The notes: generated from the sequence alone by a model not told the origin. Shown: positions 28,711-40,320, counted from the stretch's first letter. The stretch: 64,000 bases of DNA from an uncultured bacterium (GCA_963845185.1 CAWJRG010000009.1:256001-320000); one strand, 5' to 3'. Numbers and translations: made by a program.

Positions 28711-30798
28711 ATGGCTAACGGAGCCAAGGCAACAGGTTTTTTTGGATCAATGAGGCGTTCTATAGATGCATTAATTGCATTTTCTATTTTTATTATAGTA
28801 GTTATGATAGTAGTGCCAATACCACCGGCTTTTCTTGACCTCCTGCTCACTCTTAATATAGGCATGGCACTTACCATATTTCTTATTACAATGTATACAA
28901 TGGAGCCTTTACAGTTTTCGACTTTTCCATCTTTGCTTTTAATAACTACAGTTTTTAGGCTTGCTCTTAATATATCTGCCACCAGACTTGTCCTGGCCGA
29001 TGCATACGCAGGAGAGGTAATAAAGACTTTTGGCAATTTTGTTGTAGGATCGGCAAGTATATCAGGAATTGTAATCGGGTTGGTTATTTTTTCGATCATA
29101 ATAGTAGTACAGTTTGTTGTTATCACCTCGGGTGCGCAGCGAGTAGCTGAAGTAGCGGCAAGATTTACATTGGATGCTATGCCCGGGAAACAGATGGCAA
29201 TCGATGCCGATTTAAACGCTGGATTAATTAATGACGATGATGCAAGGAAAAGAAGGCGTGATATCGAAAGAGAAGCTGATTTTTACGGAGCCATGGATGG
29301 TGCTTCGAAATTCGTAAGGGGAGACGCTATTGCTGCCATTGTTATTGTTATAGTAAATATTGTTGCGGGTTTCTTTATCGGAATCATAGCAAAAGGAATG
29401 ACGCTTGGTGTAGCGGCAACCACATATACTATATTGACAATCGGCGAGGGGCTAGTTACGCAGATACCAGCTTTATTACTTTCTGTCGGAACAGGTATTA
29501 TAGTAACCCGTGCGGCTTCAGAGGCAAACCTCGGCGAGGATTTTGCGCAACAGTTGTTTTCACAACCCAGGGCAATAGGCATAGGCGGAGTAATACTTTT
29601 TATCATGGGACTTGTTTTCCCAACATGGCTTGTAAAGATTCCGTTCTTTTTCCTCGCGATAGTATGCTGGGCAATGGCTTATACTTTGAGTTTATCTATA
29701 AGGCGAGGAACAGCTGAGGTTACGGCAAAGAAGGAAAAAGAAGAGCAGGTAAAAAGAGAACCTGAAAATGTAATGCCTTTAATACAGGTGGACACAATGG
29801 AACTTGAAATAGGGTTTTCTCTTATTCCCCTTGTCGATCCGGCCCAAGGCGGAGACTTGCTTGATAGGGTAACAATGTTAAGGAGACAAGTGGCTATAGA
29901 TCTCGGGCTTGTTGTCCCGCCTATAAGGATAAGGGACAATATGCAACTTAACCCCAATGAATATGTTATTAAAATAAAAGGGTCAGAGGTAGGCAGGGGC
30001 AAAGTGGAAATAGGTTATTTCCTTGTAATGAAACCGGGAAGTATGGCGGAAGATATTGAAGGGATTGAAACACGGGATCCGGCATTTAATCTTCCTGCAA
30101 AATGGATAAAGGATGAAGAAAAGAAAACAGCGGAATTGAAGGGTTATACTGTTGTTGATGTACCGTCTGTTATTTCAACCCATCTCTCGGAAGTTATTAA
30201 AGCCAATGCTGATGAACTTTTAACAAGGACGGATGTCCAGAAATTGGTTGATGCCTTGAGACAGACAAATGCCGCTACAGTAGACGAACTAATACCGACT
30301 TCAATGACACTTGGCGAGGTTCAGAAAGTGCTTCAAAATTTGTTAAGGGAAAAAATATCCATCAGAGACTTGGTAACAATATTTGAGACCCTTGCTGATT
30401 ATGCAAAAACTACAAAAGATACCGACGTTTTAACTGAATTTGTAAGGCAGGCAATGGCCAGGTATTTTACCAATAAATATGCCAAAAATTCGATAATATA
30501 TGTAATTACAATAGAGCCCGAACTTGAACAAAAAATACTTGATTCTATCAAGCATACTGAAAAAATCAGCTATGCAGGCCTTGATCCAAGAACAATTCAA
30601 CAAATATATAATAGTACTATAAACGAATTTAAGAAAAACGTAGGGAAGGATTATGATGTAGTTGTGCTTTGTTCGCCGCTTATAAGAAGTTATTTCAGAA
30701 AAATTATAGAAAAAATTTTACCAAACATGGCTGTGCTTTCATACAATGAAATATTGCCGAAAGTTGAGGTCCGGTCGGCCGGGATGGTGAAGATTTAA
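28711..30798 (+). CDS. flhA: Flagellar export protein FlhA
   Basis: RVAEVAARFTLDAMPGKQMAIDADL, FYGAMDGASKFV. Confidence 0.98.
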   Translation: MANGAKATGFFGSMRRSIDALIAFSIFIIVVMIVVPIPPAFLDLLLTLNIGMALTIFLITMYTMEPLQFSTFPSLLLITTVFRLALNISATRLVLADAYAGEVIKTFGNFVVGSASISGIVIGLVIFSIIIVVQFVVITSGAQRVAEVAARFTLDAMPGKQMAIDADLNAGLINDDDARKRRRDIEREADFYGAMDGASKFVRGDAIAAIVIVIVNIVAGFFIGIIAKGMTLGVAATTYTILTIGEGLVTQIPALLLSVGTGIIVTRAASEANLGEDFAQQLFSQPRAIGIGGVILFIMGLVFPTWLVKIPFFFLAIVCWAMAYTLSLSIRRGTAEVTAKKEKEEQVKREPENVMPLIQVDTMELEIGFSLIPLVDPAQGGDLLDRVTMLRRQVAIDLGLVVPPIRIRDNMQLNPNEYVIKIKGSEVGRGKVEIGYFLVMKPGSMAEDIEGIETRDPAFNLPAKWIKDEEKKTAELKGYTVVDVPSVISTHLSEVIKANADELLTRTDVQKLVDALRQTNAATVDELIPTSMTLGEVQKVLQNLLREKISIRDLVTIFETLADYAKTTKDTDVLTEFVRQAMARYFTNKYAKNSIIYVITIEPELEQKILDSIKHTEKISYAGLDPRTIQQIYNSTINEFKKNVGKDYDVVVLCSPLIRSYFRKIIEKILPNMAVLSYNEILPKVEVRSAGMVKI

Positions 30799-30801
30799 TA
30801 T

Positions 30802-32028
30802 ATGAGGATTAAAAAATTTGAAGGGGAAACGTTGCAGGGTGCGCTGGCTAAAGTTAAAAAGGATTTTGGTCCCGATGCGGTAATACTGCATACTAAAACA
30901 TATAAACGGGGTGGTTTATTTGGGCTTTTCGGAAGAAACGTGACTGAAGTAACCGCAGGCATCGATATAAACATTACTTCAAAAACTGCATCTTTGCAAA
31001 CAGCTACTGCGACAAAACCGCCTGTGGTTGAAATAGGGAAAGCTAATGCGAATATTAATGAACCAGAAAAAAATATTTTTTCATCATACCAAAGAGTCGA
31101 GGATATAAGTTTTAAAAATGAGTCACTTTTAAGGGAATTAAATGAGGGAAAAATATCTTTAAATACGGCATTCAGACCGGTCAAAGAAATAGGGACAAGT
31201 AATATCACCCTGAAAAATGGGTTAGGCCGATTACAGAAACTTTTGATAGAAAATGGTGTAGAAGAGAATCTTGTTTATAGGACACTGCAAAGCATAAATT
31301 CGCAACTTAATGAACAACAAATAAATACAAAAGGAGTGGCTGAACAATATCTTTTTGAATATGTGGCAAGCATGGTTAAAACTTCGGGACCGATAAAAAC
31401 CTCACCTGGCGCAGTTAAACTTATTACTTTTATAGGACCAACTGGTGTTGGGAAAACTACTACAATAGCAAAGCTTGCAGCAAAATATGCTTTAATAGAA
31501 AATAAAAAAGTAGTATTAATTAGCGCAGATACATACAGAATTGCAGCTGATTTACAGCTCAAAAAATATGGTGAAATAATGGGGATTCCGGTTGAGATAG
31601 TACTTACGCCTAATGATCTGCAAAAGGTAATCAATAAATATATAGATAAAGATTTTATTTTTTTAGATACGGCGGGAAGGAGCCCGCGCAACAAGAAGCA
31701 TCTTGTCGAACTTAAGGAATTCCTGGAAGTTTATTCACCTGTTGAAATACACCTGGTCATTAGCGCTGTAACTAAATATTATGATGCGCTTAGCATAATA
31801 AATAATTTTGGACTTGTCCCCATTCACAGGATATTATTTACCAAACTTGATGAAACTAAAAATTATGGCATTCTCTTAAATTTATCTGTAAGTTCAGGAG
31901 GAATACCGATTTCTTATATAACTATAGGACAAACTGTTCCGGACGATATTGAGGTAGCGGAACCGAAAGTACTTTCACGACTAATAATAAAAGGAGATTT
32001 TGAAACGTGGATCAGGCAGAGAGACTGA
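30802..32028 (+). CDS. flhF: Flagellar SRP-family GTPase FlhF
   Basis: GPTGVGKTTT, DTYRIAA, DTAGRS, TKLDET. Confidence 0.96.
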   Translation: MRIKKFEGETLQGALAKVKKDFGPDAVILHTKTYKRGGLFGLFGRNVTEVTAGIDINITSKTASLQTATATKPPVVEIGKANANINEPEKNIFSSYQRVEDISFKNESLLRELNEGKISLNTAFRPVKEIGTSNITLKNGLGRLQKLLIENGVEENLVYRTLQSINSQLNEQQINTKGVAEQYLFEYVASMVKTSGPIKTSPGAVKLITFIGPTGVGKTTTIAKLAAKYALIENKKVVLISADTYRIAADLQLKKYGEIMGIPVEIVLTPNDLQKVINKYIDKDFIFLDTAGRSPRNKKHLVELKEFLEVYSPVEIHLVISAVTKYYDALSIINNFGLVPIHRILFTKLDETKNYGILLNLSVSSGGIPISYITIGQTVPDDIEVAEPKVLSRLIIKGDFETWIRQRD

Positions 32029-32963
32029 GGGAACTTGTAAAAGCCAAAAGGGTGGAGTCGGGTTCAGAGATTGAATTTGAACCTGATGAAAGAGGAGAAG
32101 AAACAGTTTATGCCCATCCGCAGAATGTAAAAAAAGTGATAGCAGTAGCAAGTGGTAAGGGTGGGGTTGGCAAGAGCAATTTTACTGTAAACCTTGCGAT
32201 AGAACTAAGCAATCTGGGCAACAGGGTAATGATACTTGATGCGGATTTAGGACTGGCAAATGTCGATATTATACTTGGAATAAATCCGAAATATAATCTT
32301 GCGCACGTTATAACCGAAGAAAAAGACATTAAGGACATAGTGACAGAGACAGAATATGGAGTTAAGGTAATAGCAAGCGGATCCGGAGTTAAAGAACTTG
32401 TTAATTTAAGTAATCAGCAAAGAGAGAGATTTGTCAGTAAAATATCCGAACTTGAAGATCTGGTAGACATATTGCTTATAGATACAGGAGCTGGCATAAG
32501 CAAAAATACTTTAAGCTTTATATATGCTTCTGATTATTCTATTGTAATTACGACACCAGAGCCTACAGCGCTTATGGATGCTTATGGCCTCATAAAAGTT
32601 GTTTCTTTAAGCAAAAAAAATATTCCACTTAAACTTATAGTTAATATGGTTTCATCTAAAGAAGAAGCAAAAGAAATAGCATCCAGAGTTATACTTCTAT
32701 CGAGAAGATTTTTAAACATATTTGTCGAATATTACGGATTAATATTCAGGGACAAAAATGTACTAAACAGCGTTATGTCACAAAGACCGTTTTCTGTTTT
32801 GTATCCAGCAACAAAAGCTACTGAATGTGTTAAAGAAATAGCACAAAAGATATCTTTAAAGATAACAAAAGAAAATGAAAAATTGAAGGACACAGTGTCG
32901 AATATTCCCACTACGGTTACGACTGGTATTTTTAAAAGATTATTTGAAATATTCAGGCAATAG
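32007..32963 (+). CDS. flhG: MinD/ParA-family flagellar number regulator FlhG
   Basis: MDQAERLR N-terminus, SGKGGVGKS, DADLGLAN, TPEPTA. Confidence 0.93.
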   Translation: MDQAERLRELVKAKRVESGSEIEFEPDERGEETVYAHPQNVKKVIAVASGKGGVGKSNFTVNLAIELSNLGNRVMILDADLGLANVDIILGINPKYNLAHVITEEKDIKDIVTETEYGVKVIASGSGVKELVNLSNQQRERFVSKISELEDLVDILLIDTGAGISKNTLSFIYASDYSIVITTPEPTALMDAYGLIKVVSLSKKNIPLKLIVNMVSSKEEAKEIASRVILLSRRFLNIFVEYYGLIFRDKNVLNSVMSQRPFSVLYPATKATECVKEIAQKISLKITKENEKLKDTVSNIPTTVTTGIFKRLFEIFRQ

Positions 32964-32977
32964 AAAGGAGAATTTTT

Positions 32978-33355
32978 ATGGAAAAAAGAAGATTTGTAAG
33001 ATTAAATAAAATGATAGAAGTTGCATGCAAAGAGATTATTGATAAATATGCTAATCCAGTTATACCACCTTCAGTACTTTATACTCAAAATATAAGCGGT
33101 GGGGGTTTATTGCTGTTTAGCCCGAAATACATGGAAAAAGACACCAAACTTGAATTTACGATTGTATTACCTGATAATAAACGTGGTATCGACGCGGTAG
33201 GAAAGGTACTAGGCAGCTCAGAATATAATGTTGAAGGCATAAAACAATATCAGATTAAAGTAAATTTTACTGAAATAAATGAAAATGATAGAGATAGGTT
33301 GATAAAGTATATTTTAAGAGAAGATATAAGAGCAAATAAGAAAAAAAAGGAGTAG
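32978..33355 (+). CDS. PilZ domain protein
   Basis: RRFVR (RxxxR) and NISGGG motifs. Confidence 0.85.
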   Translation: MEKRRFVRLNKMIEVACKEIIDKYANPVIPPSVLYTQNISGGGLLLFSPKYMEKDTKLEFTIVLPDNKRGIDAVGKVLGSSEYNVEGIKQYQIKVNFTEINENDRDRLIKYILREDIRANKKKKE

Positions 33356-33359
33356 TTTT

Positions 33360-33653
33360 ATGAGGGGTTTTTTTAATGATAATTTTAAGATTGAAATAGC
33401 AATGCTTGTTGGAATATTTGCATTTTTTTTGGGAGGAATGATTGGTTTAAAAAATAATATAACAACAATAATAATATATGCAGCAATAACAGGAATTTTT
33501 GGTTTTTTTCTGGCATATTTTATAATAGAAGCAACAATTTCAAAAAAAGTGAATAAAATTAATGATAGTGATAAAACTGAAAATATAAAAAATACAATTA
33601 ATAAAGGCAAAAAAATAGATATAACAGTTGATAATAAGAACGAAAATATGTGA
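33360..33653 (+). CDS. Small two-TM hypothetical membrane protein
   Basis: Two hydrophobic helices; AGGAG RBS; within the operon. Confidence 0.6.
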   Translation: MRGFFNDNFKIEIAMLVGIFAFFLGGMIGLKNNITTIIIYAAITGIFGFFLAYFIIEATISKKVNKINDSDKTENIKNTINKGKKIDITVDNKNENM

Positions 33654-33762
33654 AAAGAATTGACGAGTGACGTAAAATATAAAGGCAGTTTTATAGTTTG
33701 AAAACATATCAGTATTATTTGCCTTTAAGAAGAAGGAAAGTGGCGCAAAAAAGTAATTTAAT

Positions 33763-34527
33763 ATGGAAAAGATAAATGAATTATGGCAGGAATATAAAAA
33801 GACACATGATGAAAAAATACATGAACAACTTGTAAAAAACTATTTACCACTTGTTAAATACTTGGTGGATAATATTTTGTATCATTTACCTTTAAACGTA
33901 AAAAACAACGAAAAGGAAGATTTATTTATAGAGGGGATAATAGGCCTGATGGATGCAATGGAGAGATTTGATCTTCAAAAAAATGTAAAGTTTGAAACTT
34001 ATGCAAGTAAACGTATAAGGGGCTCGGTATTAGATGTTCTTAGACATGAAGATATACTGCCTAAAAATGTACGTGAGACAGCGAAAAAGATAGAACAGGC
34101 ATACATAGATTTTGAAAGCAAGACAGGCAGGACTGCGTCAGATGATGAAATTACAAAAGAATTAAGGATGACAAAAGAGGAATTTTATGTTATACTCGAT
34201 AAAGTAAAAGGGATTTCGCTTTTATCGATGGAATCTGAGATATTTAATAAAAATGGCGAAAAGTTTTTTGTTCAAGATATAATTGGTGAGGATAATCGAA
34301 CTCTTTTTGAATTTGAGAAAGAAGAAATTGTTAAATATTTGGCGCAATTCATTGACGAACTTGAGGCCGAAGAAAGGATTGTTCTTGAGATGTATTACTG
34401 GGATGAACTTACATTGAAGGAAATCGGAGTGGCTCTCAAGGTATCTGAATCGAGAATATGTCAGATACATACTAAGATAATACTTAGGTTAAGAAGCAGG
34501 TTTAAAAAATTGGAAAAAGCGAGGTGA
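33763..34527 (+). CDS. fliA: RNA polymerase sigma28 (FliA/WhiG)
   Basis: KFETYASKRIRGSVLD, LTLKEIGVALKVSESRICQIH. Confidence 0.93.
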   Translation: MEKINELWQEYKKTHDEKIHEQLVKNYLPLVKYLVDNILYHLPLNVKNNEKEDLFIEGIIGLMDAMERFDLQKNVKFETYASKRIRGSVLDVLRHEDILPKNVRETAKKIEQAYIDFESKTGRTASDDEITKELRMTKEEFYVILDKVKGISLLSMESEIFNKNGEKFFVQDIIGEDNRTLFEFEKEEIVKYLAQFIDELEAEERIVLEMYYWDELTLKEIGVALKVSESRICQIHTKIILRLRSRFKKLEKAR

Positions 34528-34531
34528 TGTT

Positions 34532-36185
34532 ATGGTCGATATGGATGGGTATCCAACTATAACAACAGAATCTGATGGCGTTTATTTGACGGTATATCCG
34601 CCTAAAGGAAAAGGCAAAGCTGTAGATTTGAACTCAATAAAAAAGGAAATTGATAAATATAGTATTAAAAATATAAACATGGACGCTGTTGAGCGTGCTG
34701 TTAAAGAAGCGACCGGAAAACAGGTCTTAATAGTCGAGGAAAAAATAGCTATAAAAGACGGTCAAGTCTTTATTAATTTAACCCCTGATGAAATGACAGC
34801 ACAATTAACTGTTGTACCGCCTCAAGGAGGCGGTAAAGAAGTTGAAATGGATGATGTGCAGATGGCGTTAAAACAGCACAATGTTATATTTGGTGTAAAA
34901 GAAGACAAGATAAAAGTACTTTTGGATAAAAGCAAGAAAGCAAAAGATGATCCGACTATTTTTCTCGAACCGATTGAAGATGTAATTGCCGAAGGTCAAA
35001 ATGTTCAAAACGGAGAGAATGCAAAACTCGAATTTTTATTTGAGCAGGAAGCTGCAAAACAGGAAAAATCGCCTGAACAGGAAGCGGACCAGGGTGGATT
35101 ATAGAGATGTAAAAAGCATACAGAATGTCAAGAAAGGTCAGGCACTTGCGAAAAAGATGCCGGCGACAAACGGCGTACCTGGAATGACGGTTACCGGGAA
35201 AGAAATCGCTGCCGAACCAGGTAAAGAAGTAAAGTTTATATTTGGCAAAGGTGTTGAGTCAGCCGTAGGAAATCCCGAGTTATATGTTGCCGCAAACGAT
35301 GGGCAGGTTATATACAAAGAAAACAAGTTGCAGGTGCTGGCTATATATGAGATTCCCGGAGACTTGGATATGTCAATTGGGAATATTGATTTTGTAGGGA
35401 GCTTGATAATTCACGGAAACGTAGGTGAATTTAAAGTTTATGCAGGCGAGGATATTATTATTGACGGAGTTGCCGATGGGACTGAAATCAAAGCTGGCGG
35501 AAAAGTAACGGTAAAAGGTGGCATTATTGGGAAGAAAGCTCATGTAGTTGCACAAGGTGAAGTGACCACCAAGTATATAAGAAATGCGTATGTAGAAACT
35601 GAAGCTAATATAATAGTAAGCGAAGCCGCAATGCATTCTACTTTAATAGCTGGCGGAAAAATAGCTGTTGTGGGTGCAAAGGGGTTGATAGTTGGAGGAA
35701 CTATTGTAGCTGGACATGAAATATCTGCAAGGACAATTGGTTCAAACCTTGCAACTCCGACAGATTTGGAAGTAGGTGAAACACCAAAAATGAGGGAAGA
35801 AATGCAGAAAGCTGCTTCTGAGCTTAAAAATTTGGAAGACCAACTTGATAAAACTAAAAAAGGAATAATGTTTTTAAAAGATTTAAGTTCCAAGTCTGGC
35901 GGAAATCTTCAACCAGACAAAAGAGATCTCTTAGCAAAGTTAACAAGGACACAGTTTAAACTCTTGACTGAACAAAAGAAATGGGAAGAAGTTAAAAATA
36001 AGATAGAATTAAAAGCAAAAGAAATGCAAACAACAAAAAGAGGCAAAGTTAGTTGTATGGGTTTGGTTTATACAGGTGTCAAAATAACAATAAACAAAGT
36101 AAGCAGGTCAATAACGGACGAAATGAAATATTCATCATTTGTTGAAAAAAATCACGAAATACAAGTCATACCTTATTCAGGGTAG
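34532..36185 (+). CDS. FapA/DUF342 family protein, split by an apparent 1-bp insertion near 35085-35095
   Basis: ORF 34532-35104 (N-terminal domains) continues in the +1 frame as RVDYRD...GNIDFVGS...GLIVGG; deleting one base joins them. Confidence 0.85.
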
Positions 36186-36330
36186 CATTTTATAAGCTCT
36201 TTAGACAAAAAAACGATAGTTTCTGTCTAGTAATTAATTTATAGATTTGTGTTCTTGCGATAAAATGGTATCTTTTACTTGGCAAGCAACTAATTTCATT
36301 AGTTAATTCGCATATGGAGATGAAGAATAT

Positions 36331-36657
36331 TTGATAAGGTTGTATGATATTCAGGTAATAATCAGTAGTGCAACCAGTGCTGAACGGTTTCAAAATATCG
36401 CTCAGTATCAGGCGCAATTAGCCCAAGCCCGCACGGCTATTCAGTTACAAAATGAAACAATCCAGAAACACGATCAGGTACAACCATCCGAGCAGGAAAC
36501 AAATACAAAAGCAATTGATAATACAAACGCGCGTTTACATCAATGGAAAAAAGAAAAATTTTTGGAAAGAGAAAAACATAGTAAAGAAGACGATGCGGGA
36601 CAACAAGTGCAAGACCGGGCTTTGGAAATAAGCCATATAATAGATATCATCATTTAA
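36331..36657 (+). CDS. Hypothetical protein of the flagellar cluster
   Basis: TTG start after GGAGA; IRLYDIQV N-terminus and HIIDI C-terminus. Confidence 0.6.
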   Translation: MIRLYDIQVIISSATSAERFQNIAQYQAQLAQARTAIQLQNETIQKHDQVQPSEQETNTKAIDNTNARLHQWKKEKFLEREKHSKEDDAGQQVQDRALEISHIIDIII

Positions 36658-36666
36658 AGTGACAAA

Positions 36667-37248
36667 ATGACCACAATACTAATAATTATAAATGTTGTTC
36701 TAATAATTATAGTTATAATATTGTTAACCAGCCAGAAGGAGGGTAAGGCAAATAATATATTTACAAAAATGGAAGATTTTGAATTACTTGAATTTCAAGA
36801 TAATTTAAAATCCCTTATAACCGAACTTAATAAGGTGTCTTCAACAAGTGTGAGAGATATGGAAACAAAAAAATATGAAGTTGAAAAGTTACTAGGAGAA
36901 GCAGAATTCAAAATAAGGGAAATGAAATACCTGATAGAAAGAGTACAACTTTTGAAAAAGCCTTCAATCAAACCTGAACCGCAGAAAAACGAAACAGGCA
37001 TCTTAAAATTTGCACCGAAAGATATACGAGAAGAAAACAGTATCCCTAATGAAAATATAAATGAACTCTCGAAAAAATCCAATACAAAATTTATCATTGA
37101 TGATACTGAGGTTGCAAGAAACAAGGAAAAATATAAATATGACAATATTGAAAATTTATTAAAGCAAGGAATGCCTATAAATGAAATTGCAAAAATAACA
37201 AATCTTACAATCGGAGAGATTGAACTAATAAGGAATCTTAAAAAATAG
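36667..37248 (+). CDS. Membrane-anchored coiled-coil protein with C-terminal HTH-like motif (DUF2802/DUF6115-like)
   Basis: N-terminal TM; LLKQGMPINEIAKITNLTIGEIELI. Confidence 0.7.
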   Translation: MTTILIIINVVLIIIVIILLTSQKEGKANNIFTKMEDFELLEFQDNLKSLITELNKVSSTSVRDMETKKYEVEKLLGEAEFKIREMKYLIERVQLLKKPSIKPEPQKNETGILKFAPKDIREENSIPNENINELSKKSNTKFIIDDTEVARNKEKYKYDNIENLLKQGMPINEIAKITNLTIGEIELIRNLKK

Positions 37249-37314
37249 GATTTTAAGAAATAAATGATTAAGAAATAATGGAAAACAATAAAACGGGATT
37301 AATTTAAAATCAAG

Positions 37315-37341
37315 TAAAGAAAACTAATCTATTTCCGATAT
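37315..37341 (+). promoter_or_regulatory. sigma28-type promoter
   Basis: TAAA-15bp-TCCGATAT. Confidence 0.75.
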
Positions 37342-37383
37342 ATAATAGTAGAAGTTTATTATATTATAAAATAAGGTGATTAT

Positions 37384-40017
37384 ATGGAGATAATGGGCAT
37401 ACAAGGAAATCTATTACAACTTTTTGCATCAGCGGATAAAAAAGTTGAAGATTTTCTGTTGTCTTTGAAACAAGGAGATATATTAAAAGGAAAGGTACTT
37501 GAAATATTTGCAAATGATAACCGTGCCTTAATTAATTTTAAAGGATATAATGTAGTATCACAGTTACCTCAAACCAACCTGATACAAAAAGGGGATATTA
37601 TAAACGTTGTTGTAAGTCAGATGGGTGATAAAGTACTAATGAAACTCATAAATGAAAGTACGGCTGGAATTTCTACAACACCGCAGGATTTAAATGGTGA
37701 ATCAGGTATAACTGGAAAACAATTATTATCTTTTTTGGAGTCAATCCAAGTACCTGTAAATGAGCAAAATGTTTTTATTGCTCAACGGATGATTGATTAT
37801 CAAGTACCTATAACAAAAGAAAATCTTAATTCAATAAATATGGCACTAGCAAGATATGTAACAAATAACAGCGTTTATGAAACGCAGAATCCATTATCTA
37901 AAAAGCAGGAAATCCTGCTTGCTTTGATTTCGGCTGCTAAACAAAGCGGAAGTATCACAAATAGTGAAGAAGCAAATAATGTTAGTTCAAACAAACAAAA
38001 TGAAGTCAGTACAAATAACAACGGCAATAATATGCCTAACATATTTAATAAAATAAATTCAGATGAGATTTCATTGAGCGCAGCCAGCGGGAATCTTATT
38101 TTGAATTTAAAAAATATCGACGATAATTTTATTAAAAATTTAATTTTTCAGGCGGTTACAGATAATATTATAACACAAAGCGAAGGTGAAAATTTAGTCA
38201 ATACACTTACTGCAACTGGATCTGCAAATTTATCCGATATTCAGTTTACAACAGGAACGTCAGGTCTGCAGCATACATTTAATACAGCATTGACTGAAAA
38301 TACTATCCCTATACCCGCAGTAAATAAAAATATCAATGAAGCTGAGTTTGTAACAAATAAAACGGCTATTGAGGAAAATACGAACATTATACAAGCAAAT
38401 CTTGATAATACGATAATCAACAAACAACCGCCAAACATTACAGAAATTAACACTGCAAACAATAAATTGATAATAGAAAACGACATAACATTATTGCAAA
38501 GAAATCCTTCTGCTTTTACAACAAATAGACCAACGGCAAATATAGCAGATATGCAGATTGTAAGAGATAAAGCAAGTTTACAGTTTATTTTTAGCAATAA
38601 TAGTAAAATTACAAACAATTCGGTTATTATGACCAGTAATGAAAAAGAACTTGTTTCGCAAATACAAAGTGATTTTGATAATATTGAAAATAACATGCAC
38701 TTATTTAATAATACAAATATAAAGGAAATGCTGCCGATTTTGAATAGATTAAATGAAGAGATAAACACTTTGAGTAATAAACTTTCAGTCTTAACTAATT
38801 CAACCAATTATACTGAGGACATTAATAAAGTCTCAACAATGATTAATAAAAATATAATTGACATTCAAAACGGATCTGCTTCATCAGAGTCGGGCAAGAT
38901 AAAGCAGTTTATTACAGATTTTATAAATTTTACAAGAAATACAACGCTGTTTAAAACACTTTCCAATACAAATATTAGCTTACAAAGCATTAAAGATGGC
39001 GCACAGCAATATGCGCAATCGAGTGTTGACATAGAATCAGCAATTGAGTCACTAGTATTTCTGAAATCAAGAAACATTCCTATTGAAAACGATAAATTTA
39101 TAGATACTATGGCAAAATATTTCAGAGACGATATGAAATTAAATCAAGGGCTTGAAAAAATTAATGATCTTATAAATAAATTTAATAATTTAGGTAAAAC
39201 GCCAAACGACGAATTTACAAATAATATTAATAAGATTAATGATGCAATTAAAAACCTAATAAATGAAGCATCAATTAAACTTCAAGACGACAATTTAAAG
39301 CAAGAAAATGTTACGCAACAAATAAGAAATTTTATTGATAAAAGCGGGCTTAATATTGAAAACAAATTAAAAGAAGCTTTATTAAATATATCCGGAAACG
39401 AAGAAAAACCCGGCGATATAAGAAATACATTTTCTCCCGATACCAAAGAAAACCTAAAATCTATGCTTATTAAACTTTTAGACGAGCTCAACAATACGAA
39501 TGACCAAAAACAGCTTTCCGTGCCACAAAAAGACACACTTAACCAGATAAAAGATGCATCAACCAATATACTAAATAACATGAATGCCATTCAGCTTATT
39601 AATCAAAAACCGGCAGCTTTTGATATGATTTATACTCAGATACCTATATTTTCCGGTAGTAGGTTATTTAATGGTGAAATTCAGGTGTGGTACAGGAAGG
39701 GCAGCATAAAAGAAAATTTTAAAAATTCATCCGCACCTGTAAATATAGTATTCCTTCTTAATACCTCGGGATTGGGAAATGTAAAAATATCTCTAAACAT
39801 ATTAAAAAATGATGTCCAATGTTCTATTAAAACTGAAAGCGAAAAAGCAAAACAGGTATTGTCCGGAGGGAAAAATAATTTTATTGATAACCTTAAAGAC
39901 ATTAATTTCAATGTAAAAGGTTTTAATATTAATATTGATAAAGACGACAAAGCAGAAATAAAACCGCTATCCAATGATAATTATATTCAGAGCGGAATGA
40001 TAAATTTTAAGGCATAA
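37384..40017 (+). CDS. Second FliK-like protein (YlqG-like)
   Basis: Asn-rich 877 aa; C-terminal FLLNTSGLGNVKI FliK_C-like domain; directly upstream of a stand-alone FlhB-C gene. Confidence 0.7.
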   Translation: MEIMGIQGNLLQLFASADKKVEDFLLSLKQGDILKGKVLEIFANDNRALINFKGYNVVSQLPQTNLIQKGDIINVVVSQMGDKVLMKLINESTAGISTTPQDLNGESGITGKQLLSFLESIQVPVNEQNVFIAQRMIDYQVPITKENLNSINMALARYVTNNSVYETQNPLSKKQEILLALISAAKQSGSITNSEEANNVSSNKQNEVSTNNNGNNMPNIFNKINSDEISLSAASGNLILNLKNIDDNFIKNLIFQAVTDNIITQSEGENLVNTLTATGSANLSDIQFTTGTSGLQHTFNTALTENTIPIPAVNKNINEAEFVTNKTAIEENTNIIQANLDNTIINKQPPNITEINTANNKLIIENDITLLQRNPSAFTTNRPTANIADMQIVRDKASLQFIFSNNSKITNNSVIMTSNEKELVSQIQSDFDNIENNMHLFNNTNIKEMLPILNRLNEEINTLSNKLSVLTNSTNYTEDINKVSTMINKNIIDIQNGSASSESGKIKQFITDFINFTRNTTLFKTLSNTNISLQSIKDGAQQYAQSSVDIESAIESLVFLKSRNIPIENDKFIDTMAKYFRDDMKLNQGLEKINDLINKFNNLGKTPNDEFTNNINKINDAIKNLINEASIKLQDDNLKQENVTQQIRNFIDKSGLNIENKLKEALLNISGNEEKPGDIRNTFSPDTKENLKSMLIKLLDELNNTNDQKQLSVPQKDTLNQIKDASTNILNNMNAIQLINQKPAAFDMIYTQIPIFSGSRLFNGEIQVWYRKGSIKENFKNSSAPVNIVFLLNTSGLGNVKISLNILKNDVQCSIKTESEKAKQVLSGGKNNFIDNLKDINFNVKGFNINIDKDDKAEIKPLSNDNYIQSGMINFKA

Positions 40018-40029
40018 GGCAACAGTTCC

Positions 40030-40320
40030 ATGGCAATTATAAAACCCAGAAAACAAAAAAAATCGGCAATAGCACTTCATTATGAAAAAGAAACCCAGGA
40101 TGCACCCCAGATTGTGGCAAAAGGCAAAGGCGCAATAGCGGAAAAAATAATAGCCTTGGCAAAAGAACACAATATACCATTATATGAGGATCCTGATTTA
40201 ATAGAAGTACTTTCAAAACTCGACCTTGGGCAGGAAATTCCTCCGGAAATGTACAAATTAATAGCTGAAGTGCTTATATACGTTTATAAAGCCAACAACA
40301 AAGTAAGCAAGATAATATAA
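40030..40320 (+). CDS. Stand-alone FlhB C-terminal (EscU/YscU switch, YlqH-like) protein
   Basis: AIALHY...APQIVAKGKG..AEKII..A...IP...IPPEMYKLIAEVL. Confidence 0.92.
   Translation: MAIIKPRKQKKSAIALHYEKETQDAPQIVAKGKGAIAEKIIALAKEHNIPLYEDPDLIEVLSKLDLGQEIPPEMYKLIAEVLIYVYKANNKVSKII

Noticed and set aside
35080..35104. fapA split into two genes or recoded
   Set aside because: A one-base deletion restores a normal full-length DUF342 protein, and no slippery site or stimulator is seen. Likely an indel error.
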